DNA from: Sphyrna mokarran
Taxonomy: Eukaryota
Direction: 5' to 3'
Length of the DNA: 64,000 nt
Assembly (NCBI GenBank): GCA_024679065.1
Contig: JAGIQG010000024.1
Span: 19,158,001-19,222,000 of the forward strand
Below, one piece after another: positions 1-12,600 of the stretch (the first letter of the stretch is position 1; each line of letters begins with the position of its first letter). The translations under genes and the position numbers were made by a program. The notes under the pieces were generated by a model. The model was given only the letters and a program-made list of their open reading frames with translations, was not told the origin of the DNA and did no database searches.

Positions 1-624
1 TGTCGTCCACCATATCCCTCTTTTCCTTTTTGTGATATTTTTGAGATTTCTTACAGTATGTAAATAATTCTTATAAAAGCAAGTTGTTACTTTTATAGGA
101 TAGCTGTCTGTAATTTTCCTAACCAGTATTGCGTTTTCATTTCTTTTGGTATAAAAGCGCAAATGAAGTTAGAAATTTTGGTTGGGAAAGGCTAATTTTA
201 ATCTTCAACAGCGCGTCTCCTCTATGCAATTTTTTGTATGTTTGTTTGTTTGTGTTAATATTCTTTCTTGAAGTTCGCCATTTTAGTATTGGAGATAATT
301 CTATACTGATTCAGTAGAAAGACAAGAGAACAATGTCTGAACCGGGTTTAAAAAAACCTCAATACTTTGTGTAGTTGGCTTTACACATCCAAGCTAAAGA
401 ATATTGCTGTTTACAAAATAATATTCAACAATCATGCAATAAATAGCTCAGCCTGTAATTTCAAAATTTCAGTCTACTTGCTATCCCTCAATGTGTCTCC
501 AACAGCTTATGTCTGTTTCAACACCAGCATGTCAAAAACAACCAGTCGTGGGTAAAACCACATCAATGTCCTTCTCACTACAATGTGAACTAAATTAGCA
601 TTTCATGATATAAGATGTACTAAC

Positions 625-680
625 TTTTAAGGATATTCCTTTGCTCCAGCTCTTCCGCAGTTGGCCTTTGACTCAGACGC
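625..680 (-). CDS. PHACTR4: PHACTR4 exon encoding most of RPEL3 ([18 protein letters not shown])
   Basis: ttttaacag| acceptor, AAA|GTTAGT donor, 56 nt, phase 2-1. Confidence 0.93.
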
Positions 681-3600
681 CTGTTAAAATGGAAGAGGAT
701 AAATTACTTCAGGTGACAGCTCTGTCTGAAGTTTAGGTTTCTAACAACTAGCTTCCTCCAAAAGCAAGATGACTTAGCATGCAGAGGTGCTTTGCTTTTT
801 AAACTTCTGCCACTATGGTTAGTGTTCAGCACAACCTGGGAACTGAACCCAAGATTGACTAGTCTGTGAGGCTATGGTACACACTGGTCATTACATGGTG
901 TCTGGAATTTACCCACCTACATATAATCGCCCTTATTGACCATGCATTTATCTTTCTGGATGTCAAACAGCAATATGTGAGCGAGAAGGGTCATGGCATA
1001 AACACCACATATAATGACATTCGTTAAATATCACCATATTGGAAAATTTATTCTTCAGTCCACATGGTGTACAATCAGTGTAGAGGTATTGTTGAGATGT
1101 CAATCAACTGCCAGCAGTGAACCAGAACATCGTTGTATGCAATGGTCACAATTGGAAGCACAACCAAAGCCCACCATACACCTAATACAGTCAACACAGG
1201 AGTGCAAACACTAATTGGCCCTCTCTAGAATCAGTCTCAAAGGCCATGTACAACCAACAATATCATAAGAATTTGTATTCATACAGCATTTTTCATGGTC
1301 TCAGGGTTTCATTTGGCAGTAAAGAGTTTTCGGAAGTACTCTTCACGTCCCACGATTGTGGTGTAGGGAAACACAGAAGCTAATCTGAGCTTGGCAAGAT
1401 CTCACAAACAGCACATGATACAAACCAGATGTTTCTTTGAAGTGATGTTGGTTGAGGGATAAATAATGGCCAAAAGCTGCTTTTCTTCACATAGTACCAC
1501 AGAATTTTATATGTCTGCCCGAGAGAACGAATAGGTCCTCAGCGTAATGTCTCATCTAAACAATGGAGCTTCTGATTGGGTAACAGTATCTCAGTGCTGC
1601 ATTTAAGTGCTAGCCTAGACATTCTGTGTTCAAGTCCCTGATTTGGGATTTGAACTCACATCCATCTAACTTGGAGGAATAGGTGCTAGCAACTGAACCA
1701 TTGCTGATGCTCTATTAGGCAGTGAAGCTTGCTCACTATCAAAGTCGTATGACTACTGCACCAATGTATAAGCAGCAAATATTAATAAGTTAAGTTTAAG
1801 AGGCAAAGCAATGTTGTCTCTAGGATTGAGAAATCTGCTGTGCATTTTCAGGATGACCTACCTGATCAACGCTGTTCCAATCTGCTGTCGAATCTCCAGT
1901 CTTTCCTGATCAGACTGACGAGGTAGGATATTCTTCTCTATAAGTTCCTGCTTTGTAGGTCTATTGCTCAATTTAAGGGCCAAAGTGTCTTTCCGCTTTA
2001 CTTTATTGGCCAATGAACCTAAACAGAAGTTTGGAAAAGTTTTTACAGAACATGAAATAAGATATTTCCTTTTTCTTCCAAATGATTTCATAGCTAAACA
2101 AAGCTCCTCATTTTTAATTTTTGTGGAAAAGGGTGAAATTAAATTCCAATCAAATTACAAAGTGTACAACAACATTGTAAGTATGCAGTAGGTTAAGTAC
2201 CTGTAGTTATAAAGGCAAGATCATGAAATACCAATCTCTGGTCTTGATGCTCAGGGTAGACAGGATTGGTAAATTCTCATTTGGACATATGCAACTGTGA
2301 CTTCCAATCCTCCTCGACAAACAATAGATTATCAAATGATCTGCAAATAGCATTATCACCAAAGTGTACATATTTTAATTTAATGAATATAAACACATAC
2401 TGGGTTGATCATCTTCCTCATCCTCATCGTAGTCATCCTTGTATAGTACTGGACCATCATCATCCGAGTCGCTTACGTCTTCATCCTGCCTCACGAGTTC
2501 TGGAATGATGACAACTGATGAAACAAGTGGTGGGTAGTCTTGTTTCTCGGGCCTCTGCTCTTCCTCCTCCTCTTCCTCATCCTCAGTGTTCTCTTCATCA
2601 GAGGGGCTAGGTAATCAGGTTGTATGAAAGGGGGTTACTTACTTAATGAAAGTACCAGCAACACCTATCTGTGGAAAACATTATACATTGCACAATACGA
2701 AATGCAGACAGCCCAAGAATATTGAATGTGGTTAACTGAGAATCAAACTGTGAGTGGCGCCAGCGAGACATGGAGAAATTAGTAGATTGGATAAAGAGAG
2801 AGCATGTGCGCGAGGGATCAATCACGTGAAATTTAATGCAAAAAAGTACAGGGAAATCCATCTTGGGATGAATAATATTGTGGAGACTATAACTTTAAAA
2901 AGAAAATTATAAGGAATTTTGATAGGCTGAACAATAGGGAGAGACTATTAATTCAGGAGGGTCACCGTGGGGCAGCGCGGTGGTTAGCACTGCTGCCACT
3001 CACTACCAGGGATCTGGTTCGATTCAGCCTTGTGTACCTGTCTTTATGGAGTTTAGATGTTCTCCCTGTGCCTGTGTTGGTTTCTTCTGGGTGCTCCAGT
3101 TTTCTCCCACAATCTAAAGACGTGAAGGTTAAGTGGATTGGCCATGCCAAATTCCCAAGACATGATTTAGACGGATGGTAAACATGTGAGGTTACAGTGA
3201 TAGGGCAGGGGAGAGGGCCTGGGTAAGATACTGAGAGTCAATGCAAACTCGATGGGCCAAATGCCCTATTCTGCATTGTAGGAATTCTGTGAATAAGTAG
3301 AGGATCTAGATTTAAGATAATTTGCAAAAGGATCAGAGGCATATTGCGAATTTCTTAATGCAATAAAGTATGCTGATCTGGATATACTATCTGAAAGGTT
3401 AACAAAAGCAGATTCAATAATAACTTTGATATGGGAATTGGCTAATATTTGAAAAAGCAGAAATTTGCAGGGCTACAAGGAAAGAGCAGAAAGAGTGCGA
3501 CTAATTAAATAACTCTTCTACAAGAACAATAGGTCTCATTCCCTTGTTCTAAGTAGCATCATTCTCAGAGTAGTAAGACTGATGAGTTTAAAGTAGAAGG

Positions 3601-6600
3601 ACAATTGAAAACATTGTTAGATTTTATAAACATAAGCTATGAAGCACTTCAGCAAGAGGCTTGCTGAATTTACATAAAAAACAAAATGCTGGAAAATCTC
3701 AGCACGTCTGACAGCATCTGTGGGGAGAGAATGAAGCCAACGTTGAGAGTCTGGATGGCCCTTCGTATCAGCTCTGACGAAAGGATCGAATGTATGAAAG
3801 TTAATGCAGAGAAATTCAAGGAAATCCAACTTGGGATGAATATCGTGGAGACTACAACAAATGGTGAAATCTTAAAATCAGCTCTGTTGAAGGGTTATCC
3901 AGACTCAAAACGTTGGCTCTATTCTCTCTCCACAATGCTGTTAGGCCTGCTGAGACTTTCCAGCATTCTGTTCCTGTTTCAGATTCCAGCATCCACAGCA
4001 TTTTTGCTTTTATATTATTCGAATTGCTTCTGAAGCTGCAACTAAAATACTGAGTTCAGCTTTGTTCACCCTACTTTAGGATGAAAAAAGAAGAGATTCT
4101 CCAAGGTAAAATTGTGGGCGAGAACAGATGAAAGAAACTGTGACTTACATCAATAAAACAGAAGGGTTAAGGTAGGAAGGAGGTCCTTAAAATTGTACGC
4201 TTTGCTAAGTCAGAGCAAAACCACTTCCATTGACCAATGAGCTGGTGACTGAGGGACATAACTTTAAAATTGTCTTTGAATGAAGGGAGAGATCAGGAAA
4301 CTTAAAAGAAATGTTAAAGAATGTCTTGCTCAGAACAATGAAGGGAGCAGAACCAATAATACTTCTTGAATTTTATTTAAGGGTAGGGGAAAAGGAGAGA
4401 GAAATACCACTAAGTAGACATGTTCATTAAAGATCTAGTGCCGGTGGAATGAGCTGACAGGATCCCTCCTCTCCTGTCTAAATTCTGTTACAAGTTCTAC
4501 TATGAAAATGCTCCCAACACAAGGTGCAAGCTTTGTTTTTCTCTCCATGGATACTATTTGACCTGCTGAATACTTCCAGCATTTTTCTGTTTCTAGTTCA
4601 TGCTTAGTTGGCAGAACAGATTTTAGTTAGGGCAGTTCTACAGAATGTGAACTGGCACTAGAGCTCTGGGCTTGAATTTAAATTCTGTTGGCAAATCTGG
4701 AATATAAAATTAATCTTTATAACGGTGACCGAGAAACTATCATTGATTTTCATAAAAACCTACTGGGTTCCTCACCAATGTCCTTTTGAGAAGGAAGTCT
4801 GATATTGTTACTTAGTCTGGCCTACATGTGGCTCCAAGTTCACAGTAATGTGGTTTTTTTAAAACTATCCTCTGTCAAAGACAGCATAGTGGTAATGCTA
4901 TTGGATAAATAATCCAGAAGCCCAGGATAATGCTCTGGTGATGGTTAGTGTAGAGGTGCTGGTGTTGGACTGGATAAGCATAGTAAGAAATCTCACAACA
5001 CCAGATTAAAGTCCAACAGGTCTATCTGGTAGCTCAAGTCACAAGCTTGTGGCTTATGTTACCAAATAAACTTGTTGGACCATGGCAAATAGCTCAGACT
5101 AACACTGGTGACACAGGTATACAGCCTGTTAAAGCTGACACACAGATAAAGACAGCCAGCATGCCTACCCTAGCATGAGTCAGTGTCTTTAGGTGAAGGA
5201 AGAGAAGAGAAAATGGAGAAATCTACCTAGCTGTGAGAACTGGTCTTGATGTGGAGATATCGGCATTGGACTGGGATAAATACGGTAAGAAGTTTCACAA
5301 TACCAAGTTAAACCTGTTGGACTTTAATCTGGTGTTGTGAGAATTCTTACTGAGCTAGTCTTAGCAGATGCAGCAGTAGGTGACGAAAAGCACACACTGG
5401 ACAACCCTCACTCAGGAGGATTCAGGCAGCCAATGCTCTTTATCCTAAATGCCATTCAGCACTCCCTGCGCAAACATTCAGCATCCAAAGAAAGAATCTG
5501 GCAAGGCTGAGGTCTCATGCCTCCAAATTTTTACTATCTAGGCTTATCTACAAATAATGTCATCTGAATGGGGACTGGAGGGTGAATGATAATCAGGCAT
5601 TGATATACTGGAATAGAGACAATACCTTCTGAGGTGGGGGAAATTGAGCTGAGAAACTTGCAAGTAAAATCACAGAAGCCATGTATTAGAAATAAAAACT
5701 GAAAGGAATAGAAATGCAAAGGATCACAAAGATGGCTTTGCAGGTTAGCGGAAATCAGAATTTTATTACTTTTTAAAGGACTTCCACCCAAGTTTTTCAA
5801 AAATTAAAAGTGAATTAAATATATCTTAAAAAATTCTGATTCAGGCTCCTCTGTGGCTTCCTTCTGAAATGTTAACTACTGTTGTGTTTATGATGCAGAC
5901 AGACATTCCTTCTGGTAATCATTAGTATATGCTTAACTACATCCTTAGAAGCACAACTCTGTCAACTATGTGGACTTTTAAACTTCCAAAGCTCAGTGAA
6001 TGTTTGCTGTAGAATACTTTCTCACTGCAACCAAGGTCTAGTGATGCATTGTGACATACCATTCAACTTAACCTAGTCTTCTACTATTTGCTACATTCTG
6101 ATAAACTCTGGCCAGTTTACAAAGCTCACCCAATCCCAACACAAAAATGATTATTTAGGTTAATTAGAACAATGAACAAAGGCTAAAGGTGTACCAATGC
6201 TCACTGAAATTTGGGTACATTTGGCATCAAAAGGGCAATTATAGCAAGTACAGCACAGAAACAGGCAACTGGGTATGTCTGATATTACTCTATTCTTTTT
6301 CCATCATGCGTTTAATTCATTTTTCCCTAATTCACATTTTTACTATTCACCTCATCTATTTCACTGGTAGAGATTACATTTTAAGCACTCTAGTTCTTCA
6401 TTGTTACATGCTTCAAACTCAGGTTTGGAAGGCAGTAACAATCAGGATTTACCACGTTTGAGGATGGGAGGATGGGGTGGAGCTAGTGGTTGTTATACTG
6501 AAAGAATCAATGTCAAATAAGAATAGGGACTGCTGGTCAACATTCCTCCCTTATCAATAATACTGTAAAAGGGTTAACTGAACATCAATTTCACTGCTAT

Positions 6601-9600
6601 ACACGAGATCTTCCTGCTTGCAAAATGGCTGATATATTTGTCCTCCATAACAAATGACTACATTAAATGCTTTGTTGACTGTGACCCTATGGTATGATTA
6701 GAGATTTATGCAAATACAAATACTTTTTCTTCCCCAAGTGAGTTGGATGCACTGCCTTCAGATCCATTTCCTGATACCCACAAATCCACTGCACAAAACA
6801 GCCCTGAACTTGCTTGCCACCAATTAGCAATCATAGAGGCAGAAGTATGGCTGGTGTGGGAAAGGCTCTTTGAAGAGCAAGGGGATGCTTTGAGTTTGGG
6901 AACAAAGAATAGTACTGTACACAGGAACAAGCCTTTTGGCCCTCCAAGCCTGTGCTGATTATGTTTACTGATCGAAACCAACCACTTATATTCCTCTATT
7001 CCCCCGTTTATTCATATGCCTATCAAGGTAAGTTTTAGATGTGACTCATGTAACTAACTGCCCTAACCACCTCACATAGCACGTATTTGAGGTCTCCATC
7101 ACCTTCTGTGTAAGAAAAAACTTCTCCTGCACATCTCCACTGAACCTTTCCCCCTTACCTTGAACATGTGCCCTCTTATAATTGTCATTTTTTTGCCCTG
7201 GGAGAAAGCTTCCAACTGTTCACCCGATCTATACCTCTCAATTTTATAAACTTCTATCGGTTGTCCTCTCAGCCTTTGATTTTCAAGGGAAAACATTCCC
7301 AGTTTACTTAAGCTCTCTTCATAGCTTATACCCTTCATACCAAGCAACATTCTAGTAAACCTCTCCTGAACTTTCTCCAAAGCCTCCATGCCTTTCTGAT
7401 AGAGTGACCAGAATTGGGCACAGTACTCCAAATGTGGCCTAACCAATGTTTTATACAATTATACGTAATTTGCCAACTTTTATACTCAATGCTCCATCCG
7501 ATGAAGGCAAGCATACCATAAGCTTTCTTCACCACCTTTTCCACCTGTGCTGCCACTTAAGGATCTCGCTGTATCTTTATGCTCCCGACTGTTCTGCCAT
7601 TTATTTTATAACACCCAACTGAATTGGATTTACCAAAGTGCATCACCTCGCACTTGTCTGGATTAAATTCCATCAGCCATTCTCTGTCCAATGTTCCTGC
7701 CTATCTATATTTTGCTGCATTCTCTGACAGTGTTCATCACTGTCCACAACTCTGCCAATCTTAGTATCATCCACAGATACTAATGGACAGTGACATATTC
7801 ATTAAACATGAGCTTGGGTGTACTTGGAAGCTGACACTGGGTGCCTGAGAAAAATAGTTCCATCACCCAACACTGCTTATTTTGAGGGACACAAAGTTAA
7901 AACAACAGTCATCCCAAATAACATAAGTACTCACCATTTTAATTTCTCCAAGGTGACTTGCAAAGCCCGGCTCTTATTAGCGTCTTCAAAAGCAGTCTCA
8001 AAAAGCAATGACTTTGCTGTATTTGAACCATCAGCTGCAGTGACGACCGGCCGAGGACTACACAACGCTTGCTGGATCATTATGTGCAAAGGAACTTGAG
8101 ATTGGCGAGTCGGAAGGAGCTCAGGACAGTCATCAGATGAAGGATGAGGCTGTTGGTCAGGTTCTTTCTCGTGCTGCACATTAGCATGACTGAATGTCAA
8201 TACAGGGGGAGTAACTCTGACTGGTGGTCTTGGGGGGAGGGACTGACGAGGAGCGGGTTCTGGAGCAGAAGATGGGCGTGAAGGCAATGCTGGCGATGAA
8301 GTAGGTGCATGTGCTGACGTTGATACTTGCATTGGCAGCTGTGGTCTCTCCTTGTTCTCGCATGCATTCTGGGTAGTGTTGTTTGGCTCAGCCACAGGTG
8401 GGTTGAAGCTTATCCTCCTGTGAGACCCTGGTGGCGATTGCTTACCTGGCACAACCAGGCCAGGGGCCATGATGTGACTAAGTTCCGCTGAAACACAATT
8501 TTGCAAATTGAGTCAGCGTTCCAAAACTTGCCTGCTTTAAGAGTTGTACCACTACTCATTGCTTAGTAACATAAACTTCATCCCAATAAGATAAGGGCAT
8601 TGTGAGACCTTGAGTGTTAAACAAACAGCAAGGCAATTAATTTAGTGATGGTCAGCTGGACAGAATAAAATATCCTATGGCAGGCAGTTGTGATCAATAT
8701 ATGAAAATATTAAATATGGCATTATGACTTGAGCACAAACCATGCTCAGTATAAGGTTGAACATTCCTTTCTTAAATCTTTTCCATTTAACTCTGCCTTA
8801 GAAGAACACAGGTTAACTTTCAATCAACCGCACCATCATGCTTCAGGTTTTTACATTAACATGAGATATGTATATATTGACAAAAGATTTATGACATCAG
8901 AAGAGCAACAGATTAGTAATACTGCATCAAGATGTTCAAGAGTGAGTAATGCTGCTATATATGGACAAAGGGCAATAGGGAAAGGTTATTGGACAAGTTT
9001 GAAAGCATTTGCTATAATATTAGCCTTCTCCTGTGCAAGCATTAAACCGTCACTGTGATAAATGTAAGTTTTTAATTTTTGATTTTGTTACACCACTTAA
9101 TTAGATCATGGCTGACCTGTGCCTCAACTCCATTTATCTACGTTAGTTCTGCATTCCTAGATACCTTTACCTGACAAAAGCTAACCAATCTCAGTCCTAG
9201 AGGATTTTAATTGACCCCAAACGTCCACAAGCACTTTGGAGAAGCAACTTCCGAATTTCAACTACCCTTTGTATGAGAAAGTGGTTTCACTTCTAAGTGG
9301 CCACAGCCTAATTTTAAGGCTAAAACCCTGTTCATCTGTATGCTCTCGCCAGAGAAAATAACGTCCATGTATATTTCCAAATCCCAGACTCATTTTAAAT
9401 AATTCAATCACATTGTCCTTAAATCTTTTGTTTATGCACTTTACGCTTATAATTTAAACCTTTAAGCTCTGGTAAGTCTGTGCCACACATATATTACAAT
9501 GGTAATTATACTTCAAATAAAGAGTAATTGGCCATAAAGTGCTTTGAATGCTCTCAGAATGTGAAAAGTGCTGTGTAAATGAAAGTCATTTGCTTTCACT

Positions 9601-12600
9601 CTTCAATGCTAATATATATTCCAACAATTTGGTTCACCAAATTCCAGATGGGATCTGATCAAAACCATGTACTATTGAAGTCCAATAGGCTTATTTGGTA
9701 CGAGCTTTTGGAGCACTTCAGATTCACCTGGTGAATGAGCAGAGCTCTGAAAGCTCACAATACCAAATAAACCTGTTGGACTATAATTTGATATTGAGAG
9801 ACTTACTGTGCCCACCCCAGTCCAAAGTCGGCACCTCCACATCATGTACAATTGAAACATCACTTCCTCAGTTGTGCATTCCAATCCTCCAAGATAAAAG
9901 CCAACATTCCTTTAAGTTCTTCCGATCACTTTTATACCGGTGAATTATGTATTTTTTGTGATTTACATGCATAGATTCTTAAACTCATTAGCCTCTCCGC
10001 AGCTCCCACCCTTTCACCATTAAGAAAATATAAATATCCTAATTTGACTTTCTTCAACACAAACTTTATGAATTTTCACTGCCCACACTGAGCTCCATCT
10101 GTGATGGTAACGGATAAGCAATTCATCATAGGTAATCTGCAATTGCATTCCATTTCAAGGTCAAAATCCACCTGCTGCTTACTTTGTCAACTATGCCATA
10201 CAGTGGTACGTTGAGACTTACCAAACAAAGGATTGCTATTCCGGTTGGGCTTTGGAGGTGGAATCGGGGGCTGCTTGGCAGGAGCAGGGTTGGTGATGGT
10301 GATGGTGGTGGTGGTAGTGGTGGTGATGATGGTGGTATTTGTAGCTGTGGCCAAAGAGTCAGTGGTATTGGTGGTAGTAGTGGAACAGGAAGTAGAGAAA
10401 CAGGAAACAATGGAAGCAACGTCCTTGGCAGCTGTCAAGTTGGCTCCAGGATCTTTCACTTGCCCCTCGCCAGCTTCTAAAGTGGGAGCTGATAGGTGCC
10501 TTTTAGGAGGCAATAAAGCCTGTTTGTGATCACGTATGTGTTCCATCCCTGACATCGGACGTCGATCTGCAGCCTCTGCTATATAAAAAAAATTTGCAGA
10601 AAACGCACATCAGACAGAGGAAACATGAAACTGGGAGATGCAATATGAAAGAATGAAAAGCACAAGGAAATTGATAACTCAAAAACTCACTAAAAACTGG
10701 AAAACAACTACCAAAATTACTACACTGGAAAGATAAAAAAATTCATTAAATATTTATGTGGACATTGTCAGTTTTATAAAATGGTTATTTTTTAGATACC
10801 AGAAAATAGAGTGCAATAGAATATAATCTATTACACTGAACAAGGTCTAGCTTTAGCTTATGATGATCTAATTACAAGATGGCCTTCTCAATTCCTTGAT
10901 AATAGCTTACACAATGCACAGCTATCATTAGTACAATGGATAACAACCAAATAATAATCATACAATCCCTACAGTGCAGAAAGAGGCCATGTGGCTCACC
11001 AAGCCTACATAGACAATAATCTCACCTATGCCCTATCCCAGGAATCCCATGTATTTATCCTGTTAGCCCCCATGACACTAAGAGGCAATTTGGCATGGCC
11101 AATCAAACTAACCTGCAATCTCTGGACTACGGGAGGAAACCAGGGCACCCTGATGAAAGTCATGCAGACACAAGGAGAATGTGCAAACGCCAGAAATACT
11201 AAGACACGAAGGGTTTAGCATGAAGGAGGGGCTGAAGGAAATCCTTATTATCCTGGAAATTGTATTTGGGAAATTACTGGGACTAAAACCCAACAAGTCC
11301 CCAGGGCCTGATGCTCTGCACCCCAGAGTACTCAAGGATGTGGCTCTAAAAATAGCAGATGCATTGGTGATCATTGTTCCAGCATTCTATAGACTCTGGA
11401 AGAGTTCCAGTGAATGGGAGGATAGCTAATGTAACCACATTTTATAATAAAGGGAGAGAGAAAACAGGGAACCAAAGAGCGGTGTTATGGTGGAACAGTC
11501 AGTCGCTGAAGGTTCGCATGCAAGTACAGCAGGTGGTGAGGAAAGCTAATGGCATGCTGGCCTTCTTAGCAGACGGATTTGAGAATAGGTGTAAGGATGT
11601 CTTGGTGCACTTATACGAGGCCTTGGTAAGGCCGCACCTTCAGTATCATGTGCAGTTCGGTCTCCTTTTCTGAGGAAAGGCATTTTTGCTATTAAGGAAG
11701 ATCAGCAAAGATTCGTAAGACTGATTCGCAGGACTGATGTTTGAAGAAACTAGACTTGTGCTCATTGGAATTTAAGAGATTGAGAGGCGATCTCAAGAAA
11801 CATAAAATCTTGATGGAATCGGACAGGGTAGATGTGGGAAGAATGATTCTGATGTCGGGGAAGTGCAGAACCAGGGGTCACAGTATAATTCTTAGGGTAA
11901 GCCATTCAGGACTGAGATGAGGAAGACTAGCTTCACTCAGAGTTGTGAATCTGTGGAATTCTCTACCAGAGAAAGCTGTTGGGGCCAGTTTGTTAGGTAT
12001 GTTTAAGTGGGAGCTGGATGTGACCCTTGTGGCTAAAGGGATTAAGGGATATGGAGAGAAAGGGGGAGTGAGATACTGAAAGTACATGATCATATTGAAT
12101 GGTAGTGCAGGCTCGAAGGGCTGAATGACCTGTCCTTGCAACTATTTTCTACGTTTCTGTGTTTCGATGTTTTCACATAGAAGGGCACCCAAGGCCGGAA
12201 TGGAATCTGAGTCCCAGGTGCTGAGGCAGCAGTGCTAACCATTGTGTGTTACCATGCCGCCCAAGTGGGAGGCGAGGGGAGAGATTGCAGAGCTTCTGGT
12301 GACGATCTTTGCGTCATCGATGGAGACAGGACAGGTTCTGGAGGATTGCAGATATTCAAGAAAGGGAGAAGAGATAGCCCAGGAAATTATCCACCGGTGA
12401 GTCTAACCTCATTGGTTGTTAAGTTGATGCAGAAGATCCCAAAAAGCTGGATTTACGAACATTTGGAGAGGTACAGTATGATCAAAAATAGTTAGCACGG
12501 TTTTGTCAAAGGCAGATTATGCCTAATGAACCTGGTTGAGTTTTTGGAAGATGTGACTAAACACTTTGATGAAGGAAGAGCAGTACGTGTGGTTTATATG

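Noticed and set aside
1-624. Next PHACTR4 exon (RPEL4/PP1-binding region)
   Set aside because: No matching peptide seen on the minus strand; it probably lies outside the window.
10126-10529. Overlapping ORFs in other frames and strands at the Thr-rich exon
   Set aside because: Shadow frames of the ACC/ATC triplet tract in the real exon.
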